Shown here piece after piece: positions 1-8,661 of a stretch of DNA of 64,000 nucleotides; the stretch's first letter is position 1; every line of letters starts with the position of its first letter. Source of the DNA: a virus; IMG/VR virus record IMGVR_UViG_3300009388_000001, positions 1 to 64,000 of that record. One strand, 5' to 3'. The position numbers and the translations under genes are program-made. Under the pieces are notes generated by a model. The model saw nothing but the letters and a program-made list of their open reading frames with translations. It did no database searches and was not told the DNA's origin.

Positions 1-687
1 GAGTTGGATGAATTGAAGAATCTTCCCGGCGACATGAAGCTCAAAGCTTTATTCAACCTGGAAAACCGCCAGCGCCGGAGAGTCCAGTGGAATCTTAAAC
101 TGGAACAGGAAAAAACCGTCGCCGATTATGTGCAGGCGGCCGGAACGTATGACGTCACACATAGAACTGCCCTAACCGGCAGCAATTGCTGGAGCGAAAC
201 AGGATCCACACCAGTGAAGCAAATCGAAGATGCCCGCGAAGTTATCCGTAAAGATATCGGCGCGTATCCCAATACGCTTGTACTCGGTGCCGATGCCTAC
301 GCACAGTTGAAATTTCATGCAGACTATACCGATAAGCTGAAACTGACATCCGACAAGGTTGTTCGTCCCGATCTTATCGCCCAGATGCATGACCTCAAAC
401 GCGTCATCATCGGTTTATCCATGAGTCTTGATTCCGATGGAAAATTCACGGACCTGTGGAGCGATAACGCGATCCTTTGTTACATTCCCGAAACCCAGAC
501 GCCGGATATCGATGAACCGAGTTTCGGTTACACCATCAGACCCGGTTTCTCCCCTATTCCGTATCCCTATGTCGATATTTTCACAGAGGAAGGCGGAAAA
601 ATCGTGAATGTGCGTTGTACTGATATGTATGATTCGCAGATAATCATGGCCAGTGCCGGATATCTGTTTAGTAACATCAAGAAATAA
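1..687 (+). CDS. major capsid protein, C-terminal part (gene begins upstream of window)
   Basis: Frame is open from nt 1 (the TTG at 4 is internal) and gives 227 aa ending at TAA 685-687. It lies directly upstream of connector and tail genes and resembles lambda gpE-type capsid proteins by eye. Confidence 0.6.
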   Translation, partial: ELDELKNLPGDMKLKALFNLENRQRRRVQWNLKLEQEKTVADYVQAAGTYDVTHRTALTGSNCWSETGSTPVKQIEDAREVIRKDIGAYPNTLVLGADAYAQLKFHADYTDKLKLTSDKVVRPDLIAQMHDLKRVIIGLSMSLDSDGKFTDLWSDNAILCYIPETQTPDIDEPSFGYTIRPGFSPIPYPYVDIFTEEGGKIVNVRCTDMYDSQIIMASAGYLFSNIKK

Positions 688-748
688 CATGGCTGCCGGG
701 GTCTCGGAGCAATTCGGGGCCTTCGGCACTTTTTAAAATGGAGATGTC

Positions 749-1180
749 ATGGCTTACTGTGCACTGGCTGACATGAAAAAACTGATACCGGAAACAATGT
801 TGATTAATTTGTCCAATGATACATCAGGCGCGACTGCCGTGAACAATGACAACATTGATGAAGCGATAGATCAGGCTGATCGTGAAATCGACGCCTACCT
901 TGTGCTTGCCGGCGAATCAGTCCCGTGTGATCCGGTTCCACCTCTCGTTGCCAATCTTTCCGCTAAAATGGCAATCTGGAATCTTCATCTGCGCAAATAT
1001 TTTGATTCGGCGATATGGAGCAACACTTACAAACAGTGTCTTCGAACTCTTGAAAAAATTGCCGAAGGAAAACTTACTTTGGGACAGGAAGAAGAAGGTG
1101 AAACCACAACCGCCAGCGGCGGATATGCCGCTTCATCGCGCGAACAGAAATTTACCGAAGCTTTCATGGAGGAATTCTAA
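749..1180 (+). CDS. head-tail connector/adaptor protein (Mu gp36 / DUF1320-like)
   Basis: 143 aa. The N-terminal pattern MAYC.LADMKKLIPE and its position after the capsid gene fit the DUF1320 family as I remember it. No search was run. Confidence 0.45.
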   Translation: MAYCALADMKKLIPETMLINLSNDTSGATAVNNDNIDEAIDQADREIDAYLVLAGESVPCDPVPPLVANLSAKMAIWNLHLRKYFDSAIWSNTYKQCLRTLEKIAEGKLTLGQEEEGETTTASGGYAASSREQKFTEAFMEEF

Positions 1181-1647
1181 TGGGAATTCTCGTTGAACGA
1201 GGTAATGTTATTACGTTGCTTTGTAATCATCTGAAAGCACACGTAACGGAATTGAAGCTGGTTAAGCCATATCACGGTGAACTGGACAGATATTCTAAAA
1301 AAGTCCAGATCAAGGAAAGTTCTTTTCCCGCCCAGGTCAACCTGACAACTCCATTTGCTCTGGTTATTTCTAAAACACGTGAACGCATAGAAGGCAAAGG
1401 AGCATCTTTACGTTATAAACATGATTTGTCTATTTATATCGGCGAATCAAACAACCATAATTTTAACAGCACGGAAGTCCCGTCTATCTTTTCTTTGTTA
1501 GACAAATGCGTCAATGCATTGAATGGCAAATCGCTTTTAAAAGGTGCGGGAGAATTAACTCTTGTCAATGATGGTGAATATCTGATCACAACCGATCAAT
1601 TCGTTATCTATGACCAGAAATACTATCAATTAGAAATAGGTTTATAA
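1180..1647 (+). CDS. neck / tail-completion protein (Mu gp37 / DUF1834-like)
   Basis: 155 aa. Its start overlaps the upstream stop as TAATG. It carries a YHGELD motif and sits in the connector position. Confidence 0.4.
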   Translation: MGILVERGNVITLLCNHLKAHVTELKLVKPYHGELDRYSKKVQIKESSFPAQVNLTTPFALVISKTRERIEGKGASLRYKHDLSIYIGESNNHNFNSTEVPSIFSLLDKCVNALNGKSLLKGAGELTLVNDGEYLITTDQFVIYDQKYYQLEIGL

Positions 1648-1658
1648 GGAGGTCTATT

Positions 1659-2228
1659 ATGGGAGCGCCCAGAACTTCACCTAGTCCCGATAATTACATG
1701 ATCGGTAAAGGTATTTTATCTATAGCGAAATGGGAGGGCGGTGTCGTCGGCGCTTATGCCGATGTTGGCAACTGTCCTTCTTTTGAATATGAGCCGACTG
1801 AAGAATCAAAGGAGCATTTTTCTTCGCGTTCCGCTGTTAAGGAACTGGATGCCGAAACAGTGGTAATGAGCGGTTATAATGTAAAATTTGCACTCGATGA
1901 AATTTCCGTTGAAAACCTGCGTATGTTTCTCAAAGGAACTATGAGCGGTTCGCGTATTATTTATGCAAACCAGAATACCAACCGGTATTATGCACTGAAA
2001 TTTATTGCTGATAATCCTGTCGGACCAAACTGCAATTATGAGTTCTGGAAAGTCAAGGTTACACCGAATGGTGCGTTTTCATTAATCGGCGATGAATTTA
2101 CCGTTCTGAATTTCAGCGGCAAAGGTATGGCGGATCGGGCAAATCATGCGTCCAGTCCGTTCTTTTCGGCAACATTCGACACGACAACCTCGACGACTAC
2201 GACTACGACTACCACGTCCCCATCGTAA
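1659..2228 (+). CDS. major tail (tube) protein with C-terminal poly-Thr tail
   Basis: 189 aa with AAGGAGG just upstream. It is the last gene before the chaperone and tape-measure pair, which is the lambda gpV position. It ends DTTTSTTTTTTTTSPS. Confidence 0.5.
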   Translation: MGAPRTSPSPDNYMIGKGILSIAKWEGGVVGAYADVGNCPSFEYEPTEESKEHFSSRSAVKELDAETVVMSGYNVKFALDEISVENLRMFLKGTMSGSRIIYANQNTNRYYALKFIADNPVGPNCNYEFWKVKVTPNGAFSLIGDEFTVLNFSGKGMADRANHASSPFFSATFDTTTSTTTTTTTTSPS

Positions 2229-2297
2229 AATTGTTGAGTCAATAAACTTCTCCCCCGGGGTAGCCCGGGGGATTTTTTTAAATTCATCTAGGAGAGG

Positions 2298-2714
2298 ATG
2301 ACAATGAGATTATCAAAAGAAATTAAAATCGGCGAAAAAACCGTTACTGTATACGAGTTAACGGTCAAGGATATCAAGAATCTTTGGAAAGATATTACCG
2401 GAGAGTCACCGGAAACAGCAGATATGCCAATGTTTTCCAATGAAGTTATTTTACGCAAACATTGGGACAAGTGCGTGCATGGCATTACACTGGAAGAAAC
2501 CGATAATTACGCTTTGAGCGAACTGAAACTTATTTACGACGCATTTGCCGAAGTTAATGAAATTTTTTTCGACCTGGCCCTCAAAATAGAGGGCGAAAAT
2601 CCATTTCTAAAGGGGATCAGGCAAGTGGTGTGGAACAAATTGATGTTTCTATTTGCCGCCTCATCGTCAATGGACATAGAGAAGCCTGGGATTACGGATA
2701 CACCTTCTTTATAA
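2298..2714 (+). CDS. tail assembly chaperone (gpG-like)
   Basis: 138 aa ORF immediately upstream of the tape measure gene. A -1 frame ORF overlaps its 3' end. Confidence 0.6.
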   Translation: MTMRLSKEIKIGEKTVTVYELTVKDIKNLWKDITGESPETADMPMFSNEVILRKHWDKCVHGITLEETDNYALSELKLIYDAFAEVNEIFFDLALKIEGENPFLKGIRQVVWNKLMFLFAASSSMDIEKPGITDTPSL

Positions 2715-2848
2715 CTGCATTGGAGGAAAATGCAAAACGAGAAAATGAATTATTCAGTCGTCTGAAGAAAACTATAGCAATGGGCGTAAAAATCGGACGC
2801 TTTATGAAAGATAAGGATTTTCAGCGATTTATACAGTCTAAGGACTAA
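2298..2848 (+). CDS. tail assembly chaperone, -1 frameshift fusion product (gpGT-like)
   Basis: The -1 frame is open from 2609 to the stop at 2846-2848. A slippery heptamer lies at 2609-2615. The arrangement is the classic G/GT layout before a tape measure gene. Confidence 0.5.
2609..2615 (+). promoter_or_regulatory. -1 programmed ribosomal frameshift slippery site A_AAG_GGG
   Basis: The zero-frame codons are cta|aag|ggg. After a -1 slip the P- and A-site tRNAs re-pair on aaa|ggg. The downstream -1 frame has no stop until 2846. Confidence 0.5.
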
Positions 2849-2851
2849 GTT

Positions 2852-5800
2852 ATGATGGATAAAAAACTTGCAGACTCGTTGGAGGAACGCGAACGACAAT
2901 TACGGGAATCAATTGCTGATTACGAGAAAGCAGCGGAAAAAGCAAAGAGCATTGCTGTTCTGACCAAAAAACAAGATTCCCTGCAAAAAGATATCAGTTC
3001 CTATTTAAACACTTCGCGCCCGGATGCCGGTACGATCAAACGATTGACTGCCGGCCTCGGCGCACTTTCGCCAGTCGATGCTATTTACAAAGCCAATGAA
3101 GGCGCATTGAAAGATTTTGTGACTAATTTTTCGAAGTCTTATGCGAAAAGTATCAGTGATAATTTACTTACTACCGCAACCGGCAAAGATTTTACTCTCA
3201 ATCATAAAACATACAAAGATATCATTACCAAACAAATGGGCATGAAAGACGGTGCGCTAGCAAGTATTCTCGGCCTCGCCGGTGACATTGCTGTTGATCC
3301 TGTTAATTTTGGCGCAATGAAGCCTCTTTTTAAAGGTATTGGTAAAATAGGTTCGTTCTCTGTGGAAATGGCATCGAAAATTCCACGGGTTGAGAAAGGT
3401 ATCGATGTCCTAAAAAGTCAATTCAATATTTTTTATGAAATTGAAAAAGCATTTCCAAAATCAAGTGTTGATAAATTTAAAGATGCGTTTCGCGTAGCCG
3501 CGGAATCGAAAAATTTTGACAAATTGGCGAAATTGGGCTTCGATGTTTCTAACTATACAAAAACAAATTTTCCAGCCAGTACAGTCAAGGCTATACCAAA
3601 ACAATTTTACGATGTCCTGAATAATGCCTTCGGACCGCAGGAGAAAGCCGGCTTTGTAGGCAAATCAATGGATTGGTCTGCTGATTTATTCAAACGCGTT
3701 ATGTCCTGGTCGCCTAAATTTCAGACACGTAATACTCTGGGTGCTCTGTGGCAAGGTATCGCCGAAGGTTCACATCTTGGGGATTACGCAAGTGCAATTA
3801 AATTGATCAAATCTAAAGGTGCGACCGATCCCGCTTTTTATAATCAGTTGAAAGAGTCCGGAGCATTATCGCAGACCGGTATGTTTGAACAAGCTATGTC
3901 TCGCCTTCCTGCGAAATTCGCCGCGTTAAATGAATCGGTTCATCGTACAGCTCTTGCCTTTGCTATGAAAAGACAAGGCAAGAATTTTCCGGAAATAATC
4001 GAGGCAACCGAGCATGCTTTCTATAAATACAACAAAGCGTATCTGACACCTTTTGAAAAGGATGTTGTTAGTCGCGTTCTTCCCTTCTACCAATTTCAAA
4101 AAGGTCAAATGGGATACTGGCCGGAAGCTCTGGGTACAAAAGCGCCGCTTTGGGCAGGTATGGGCAAGGTTAAGGAAGATACAGAACCTGATCTGATTAA
4201 AAAATTCCCTTTCCTTACTCCCGATTATTGGAAAGGACTGTATTCAGTCGGTCCTTTCGCCAATATTGGCTTCCAATTGGAAGACTTTACAAGAAATATT
4301 ACCGGTGACATCAAAAACTGGTGGTCTCAGCTTCATCCTGCACTAAAGATGATGTCAGAGGGCGCAATGGACTGGAATGTATTTTCCGGAAAACAGATTT
4401 CCAAAAATACAACAGCCGGTCAGTATGCAAATTTCGGTACCGGTAACAGTGTTAACCCATATGCGAAATGGTTCATGGAAACATGGTTCGGGCCTATATT
4501 GGATCCTATAAAAAATCTCATGGATCCCAAAAAATCATTCGCAAGTGTTTTTACATCAATCAGAGATTATGATCTCAGCCCGCGGGCATTGTCTATACAA
4601 TCAGAAATGACAAGACGACAGCCCAGTTTCTGGGATCATCTTGTCGCTAAATTCGGCATTGGTCCATCAAGCGTACAGGCAAGTACAATTCCTAATATCC
4701 CATCCAGTACTCCAGCATATTGGAATAGTGCTTACATAAATAACTTTAATACAAAACACGGTGCAGATGTTTTCGGTAAGCAATATGTATATGGAGGTGG
4801 AGGAGATCAGGGTGTCTTTTTTAATGCTTCACAGCGAGCCGGAGAAACACTAAAAAGCGCTCTTTCCATGGCTACACCAGATATCGGCAAAAACTTTGCC
4901 GCGTCCTTCATGCAAAATATTGCCAATTATAAGGCGACGGCCGGTTATTATAATTATGGTCCGGAAACGCAAAAGAAAATAGACGAAGCACTTGCCGGCC
5001 AATACGAAATGATGCGTCCCCGAAAAGTCGGCGAAACTCCGCGCTGGTCTCCCGGAGATCTGCAATACCGCAAAGCTGTCGGCGGCACATCCCTGGAACA
5101 GGACTATAACCGTGCGGTCGACGAGGTTGTTTCGTTCGGTACTAAGACAGCCAGCTTGTGGGAATCAGTCATCGGCAACTCTTATGATGCAATCAAAAAA
5201 AGATTGCAAATCGAATTTAAAAGTCTGGATACTCAAGTTTCCACTCAATACGGCATGATTTCCGGTAAAGATATCAAATCCAGGAAAGATGTCCTGATTG
5301 CCGCTGCAGAAAAATCTTTTCGCGAACTTGATGCAAAATTCGATGCTTCCTACAGCCATTTATTTGATGCCTTCGCTGCCGCTGAAACCGATGCAATGCA
5401 GAAAATCGAATACCAGCGTCAGGCTGATCTGAAAAAGTTTAAGGGTAGTGATGATTATAAACTGTGGTCTGAAAATAAAAAATATGACCTGATCAAATTA
5501 CAGGAACAGGCTATCAATGATAAATACGACAAGGAACGCCGTGAGCAACTGGCCAAAGAAGCTAAGACTCATATGGAAATTGTCAAAAATGTTACTGAAG
5601 AAGAAGCCAAAAATATTATTGCTGCGCTTGATAGCATTTACAAGCGTGGCGGTATGTCTATTGAAGAATATTATTCCGGAAAATTAGCGAAGCAAACAGA
5701 TCAATATATTCAACAAGCAACCGCCGGCATTGATGTCATGCAGACTAATATTGCCGTACTTAATAAAGATAATAAAAATGATAAATTAAACGAATCCGCA

Positions 5801-7159
5801 GCAATCTTAACAAACTTAAAGGCAGCCATATCCGGTGAAACTGATCCCGTTAAAGCCATAGAACTTATTAAAAACGCTCTTAATTTAATATCTGAAAAAT
5901 TACAGGGTATAGATGTAACCGGCCTGAAAGAAGCATTTTCCGCCATAGCCACGGCAGCAAACAAACTCGATCATGCTACCATCGATAATCAAAACGATAC
6001 CTTCAAGGATACTGAAACAGTAAATAAAGCAATTTCTGAAATAAACGAATATTCCGCAAAATTGCGTTATCAGATTTACAGCCAGAATTCTACGCAAACA
6101 CTAGGCGTTCGATCATTCAGCGGTGCTGATGTCAAATTCGGATATCGCACCACACCTTATGCTCCGGAAGGATTTAACGCACACGAGGAAGCATTAAAGG
6201 CTAATCTCGATCAAAACGCAGAAGTCGGCTATCAGAGAATAACGAAAGCATCAATGTTGCCAGGCGGAGATCTTGTCTCTCAAAAAGAGTCATTTGAATC
6301 TTCTCGTGAATATATGATGCGAGTGGAGATGGAGCTGGAAAGACATGAACAAAATAAACAAAATTTATCTGCTGCCGGACAACAAAAATTAAAAGCATTA
6401 CAGGAAGAATACGCTAATTATACTATTTCTTCCAACAACATTATTAAAAAATCAGACGAACAGATATTTCAGGACAGACTGCAAATAGCCAACGATATGG
6501 GAAGTATGCTTGTGCAGACTGCCCAGATAATCTTTAACGCATCCGGTAAACAGAGCAAAGAAGCTTTCTATGCCATGAAAGCATTGGCAATCATTGATGC
6601 CACGATCAAGGGATATCAGGCTGCTACTACTGCCTATGCCAAAGGTATGGAAGCGGGAGGTCCAACTCTTGCTCTTGCTTATGCTGCAATGTCCATGGCT
6701 TTCACCGGTGCTCAGGTCGGCGCGATCACTTCTCAAATGGTCAACGGACCGGAAGGAAAAGCCGAAGGTGGCCCGATCAAGGGTGGTTCCGGCCGCAAAG
6801 ATGATGTTCCGATTATGGCGATGGGCGGAGAATTCGTTATCAAAAAATCTTCCGTCCAGAAATACGGTGTAAATTTCATGGAAGCCTTGAATAAAGGACA
6901 AATTCCATTAAGTTCAATGAATTTTTCTATTCCGTCAATACCTCATTCAGACAGTTATAAAACTCACTATGCTGATGGTGGTGTGGTCTCGTCATCGCCA
7001 ACACCTATAACGGTACAATTAAAAAATGAAAGCGGTACACCGCTAAAGCAAACAAAATCAGAAACATCATTCGATGGCCAGCAGTATGTAGTGTCGGTAT
7101 GGCTAGATGCACTGCAAAGAAATGTCAGCGGGCTGAGAGATGTAGTCGGGGGTCAATAA
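2852..7159 (+). CDS. tape measure protein
   Basis: 1435 aa with long Ala/Lys/Glu-rich helical stretches. It follows G/GT and precedes the distal tail genes. Confidence 0.85.
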   Translation: MMDKKLADSLEERERQLRESIADYEKAAEKAKSIAVLTKKQDSLQKDISSYLNTSRPDAGTIKRLTAGLGALSPVDAIYKANEGALKDFVTNFSKSYAKSISDNLLTTATGKDFTLNHKTYKDIITKQMGMKDGALASILGLAGDIAVDPVNFGAMKPLFKGIGKIGSFSVEMASKIPRVEKGIDVLKSQFNIFYEIEKAFPKSSVDKFKDAFRVAAESKNFDKLAKLGFDVSNYTKTNFPASTVKAIPKQFYDVLNNAFGPQEKAGFVGKSMDWSADLFKRVMSWSPKFQTRNTLGALWQGIAEGSHLGDYASAIKLIKSKGATDPAFYNQLKESGALSQTGMFEQAMSRLPAKFAALNESVHRTALAFAMKRQGKNFPEIIEATEHAFYKYNKAYLTPFEKDVVSRVLPFYQFQKGQMGYWPEALGTKAPLWAGMGKVKEDTEPDLIKKFPFLTPDYWKGLYSVGPFANIGFQLEDFTRNITGDIKNWWSQLHPALKMMSEGAMDWNVFSGKQISKNTTAGQYANFGTGNSVNPYAKWFMETWFGPILDPIKNLMDPKKSFASVFTSIRDYDLSPRALSIQSEMTRRQPSFWDHLVAKFGIGPSSVQASTIPNIPSSTPAYWNSAYINNFNTKHGADVFGKQYVYGGGGDQGVFFNASQRAGETLKSALSMATPDIGKNFAASFMQNIANYKATAGYYNYGPETQKKIDEALAGQYEMMRPRKVGETPRWSPGDLQYRKAVGGTSLEQDYNRAVDEVVSFGTKTASLWESVIGNSYDAIKKRLQIEFKSLDTQVSTQYGMISGKDIKSRKDVLIAAAEKSFRELDAKFDASYSHLFDAFAAAETDAMQKIEYQRQADLKKFKGSDDYKLWSENKKYDLIKLQEQAINDKYDKERREQLAKEAKTHMEIVKNVTEEEAKNIIAALDSIYKRGGMSIEEYYSGKLAKQTDQYIQQATAGIDVMQTNIAVLNKDNKNDKLNESAAILTNLKAAISGETDPVKAIELIKNALNLISEKLQGIDVTGLKEAFSAIATAANKLDHATIDNQNDTFKDTETVNKAISEINEYSAKLRYQIYSQNSTQTLGVRSFSGADVKFGYRTTPYAPEGFNAHEEALKANLDQNAEVGYQRITKASMLPGGDLVSQKESFESSREYMMRVEMELERHEQNKQNLSAAGQQKLKALQEEYANYTISSNNIIKKSDEQIFQDRLQIANDMGSMLVQTAQIIFNASGKQSKEAFYAMKALAIIDATIKGYQAATTAYAKGMEAGGPTLALAYAAMSMAFTGAQVGAITSQMVNGPEGKAEGGPIKGGSGRKDDVPIMAMGGEFVIKKSSVQKYGVNFMEALNKGQIPLSSMNFSIPSIPHSDSYKTHYADGGVVSSSPTPITVQLKNESGTPLKQTKSETSFDGQQYVVSVWLDALQRNVSGLRDVVGGQ

Positions 7160-7569
7160 TGTCAACCACTACCAGTTCAACTACGACTACGACTACGACA
7201 ACTACGACTATTGATTACGATCTTGTAACTGTATGGCCGAACATCACTGAACCGGAATATCCGATTAAAGAATCAACATACCTTCCTTCGCATCATATCG
7301 AAAAAGAAGGTCCTTATGTTCAGGTTCGCAAAAAGTGGACAGCCGGGAAAAAAGAATGGACTCTTGAATGGACAGAAAAAGTTCCGTTGCCGGAATCGGA
7401 TTATCAAATCATTGAAGCATTCTTCCTTGCAAAACAGGGCAGCGCATTTACATGGATTCATTATTCAACAGGTATTTCATATACGGTAATGTTTGATCAG
7501 GATGAACTGGAAGATAACATTATTGTTCCCGGATACAGAACTTTAACTATTAAATTACAGGAAATATAA
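7159..7569 (+). CDS. distal tail protein (lambda gpM position) with N-terminal poly-Thr tract
   Basis: The ATG at 7159 overlaps the tape-measure stop as TAATG. The product is 136 aa and starts MSTTTSSTTTTTTTTTTIDYD. Confidence 0.5.
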   Translation: MSTTTSSTTTTTTTTTTIDYDLVTVWPNITEPEYPIKESTYLPSHHIEKEGPYVQVRKKWTAGKKEWTLEWTEKVPLPESDYQIIEAFFLAKQGSAFTWIHYSTGISYTVMFDQDELEDNIIVPGYRTLTIKLQEI

Positions 7570-8234
7570 TGTTGTCTTTATCATCCATTGCCATTCAGGA
7601 AAAAAACAAGTTAAACACAGATAGCGTTTTTCTTGTCTGTCTTAGAATTGTTATTCCCGGACTCGAAGATGTGGTTCGTCTTGTGGATAATTCAGAAAAT
7701 ATCACGTGGCAACATCTTGGTGACAGTAATCCCGAAACATGGGTAGCCTTTCCGTTTGTAATAAATGAAATAAGCGATAATTCCAGCGGCGAGGTACCGC
7801 TTGTTACAGTACAAATATCTAATGTTAATCGTATTCTTGATCAATATATCGAACTTTATTACTCGTATATCATGACATACGGATACTCTCCGATAACTGT
7901 TTCAATATGCGTTATTAATACCAAAGTTATTGCTGCAAACTCTGCTGCCGATCCGGAAGTTGATCATTTCTTTGAATTAAAACAACCAAAAGCAGATTCG
8001 GAATGGGCTACATTTATCTTGTCTGCAAATAATCCTTACAGCAGAAGATGTCCGCAAAATCTGATTCTACGTAATCACTGTCGTTATAAATTCAAGGGTA
8101 TTGATGGGCGTTGTGGGTATACCGGCGCGGAAACAGAATGCGATCATACATTGCTTCGCTGCAGGGAACTTGGAAATTCAATCAGATTCGGCAATGCGCC
8201 AGGAGTTGGACAAAGTGGATTCGATATTACTTAA
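7569..8234 (+). CDS. minor tail protein L-like
   Basis: 221 aa with a TAATG start overlap. The C-terminal Cys cluster (CRYKFKG..RCGY..ECDH..LRC) resembles the Fe-S-binding end of lambda gpL. Confidence 0.6.
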   Translation: MLSLSSIAIQEKNKLNTDSVFLVCLRIVIPGLEDVVRLVDNSENITWQHLGDSNPETWVAFPFVINEISDNSSGEVPLVTVQISNVNRILDQYIELYYSYIMTYGYSPITVSICVINTKVIAANSAADPEVDHFFELKQPKADSEWATFILSANNPYSRRCPQNLILRNHCRYKFKGIDGRCGYTGAETECDHTLLRCRELGNSIRFGNAPGVGQSGFDIT

Positions 8235-8661
8235 ACTTTTCACAAGCAAATACGAACGCAATTCAAAGACTCAGGGAACTCACGACTGTAAAAGTCTGTT
8301 TGTGGAAGTAATGAATCATTATGGCAATAATATTAAAGTTTCCGATATTGAAATAATGGCTATTGAACAGGTTGTTGCCATGAAAGCCAGAGACGAATAT
8401 CCATACACTGAAATTGACGCAAAGATTATTGAAAAAGAACTGGCGAGCGGAAGATGGCTTCCTTTATCAGAACCGGAAGTTGGATGCGCTGTAGTTATGG
8501 CGCTAGATCCTATGCATCCTGATTTAGTGCAGCATCTTGGCGTATATATCGGAGAAGGCAAGTTTATTCATATTCTTGAAGATATGGGAGTTATAGTAAG
8601 TCGTATTAATGACAGATTTTTTAATCGCAAAATAAAAGGGTTTTGGAAATGGAATCCTTAA
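8194..8661 (+). CDS. NlpC/P60-family tail peptidase (lambda gpK C-terminal-like)
   Basis: It has a catalytic-Cys context (THDCKSL) and downstream His residues (MHPDLVQHLGVYIG). The start is uncertain: ATG 8194 or GTG 8215. It sits in the gpK position. Confidence 0.55.
   Translation: MRQELDKVDSILLKLFTSKYERNSKTQGTHDCKSLFVEVMNHYGNNIKVSDIEIMAIEQVVAMKARDEYPYTEIDAKIIEKELASGRWLPLSEPEVGCAVVMALDPMHPDLVQHLGVYIGEGKFIHILEDMGVIVSRINDRFFNRKIKGFWKWNP

Noticed and set aside
3926-6901. Numerous antisense ORFs (60-149 aa) within the tape measure gene. Similar shadow ORFs occur inside J, the glycosyltransferases, helicases, the methyltransferase and ParB.
   Set aside because: All are nested in, or antisense to, long ORFs with clear motifs. 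They lack SD sequences and are treated as shadow ORFs.
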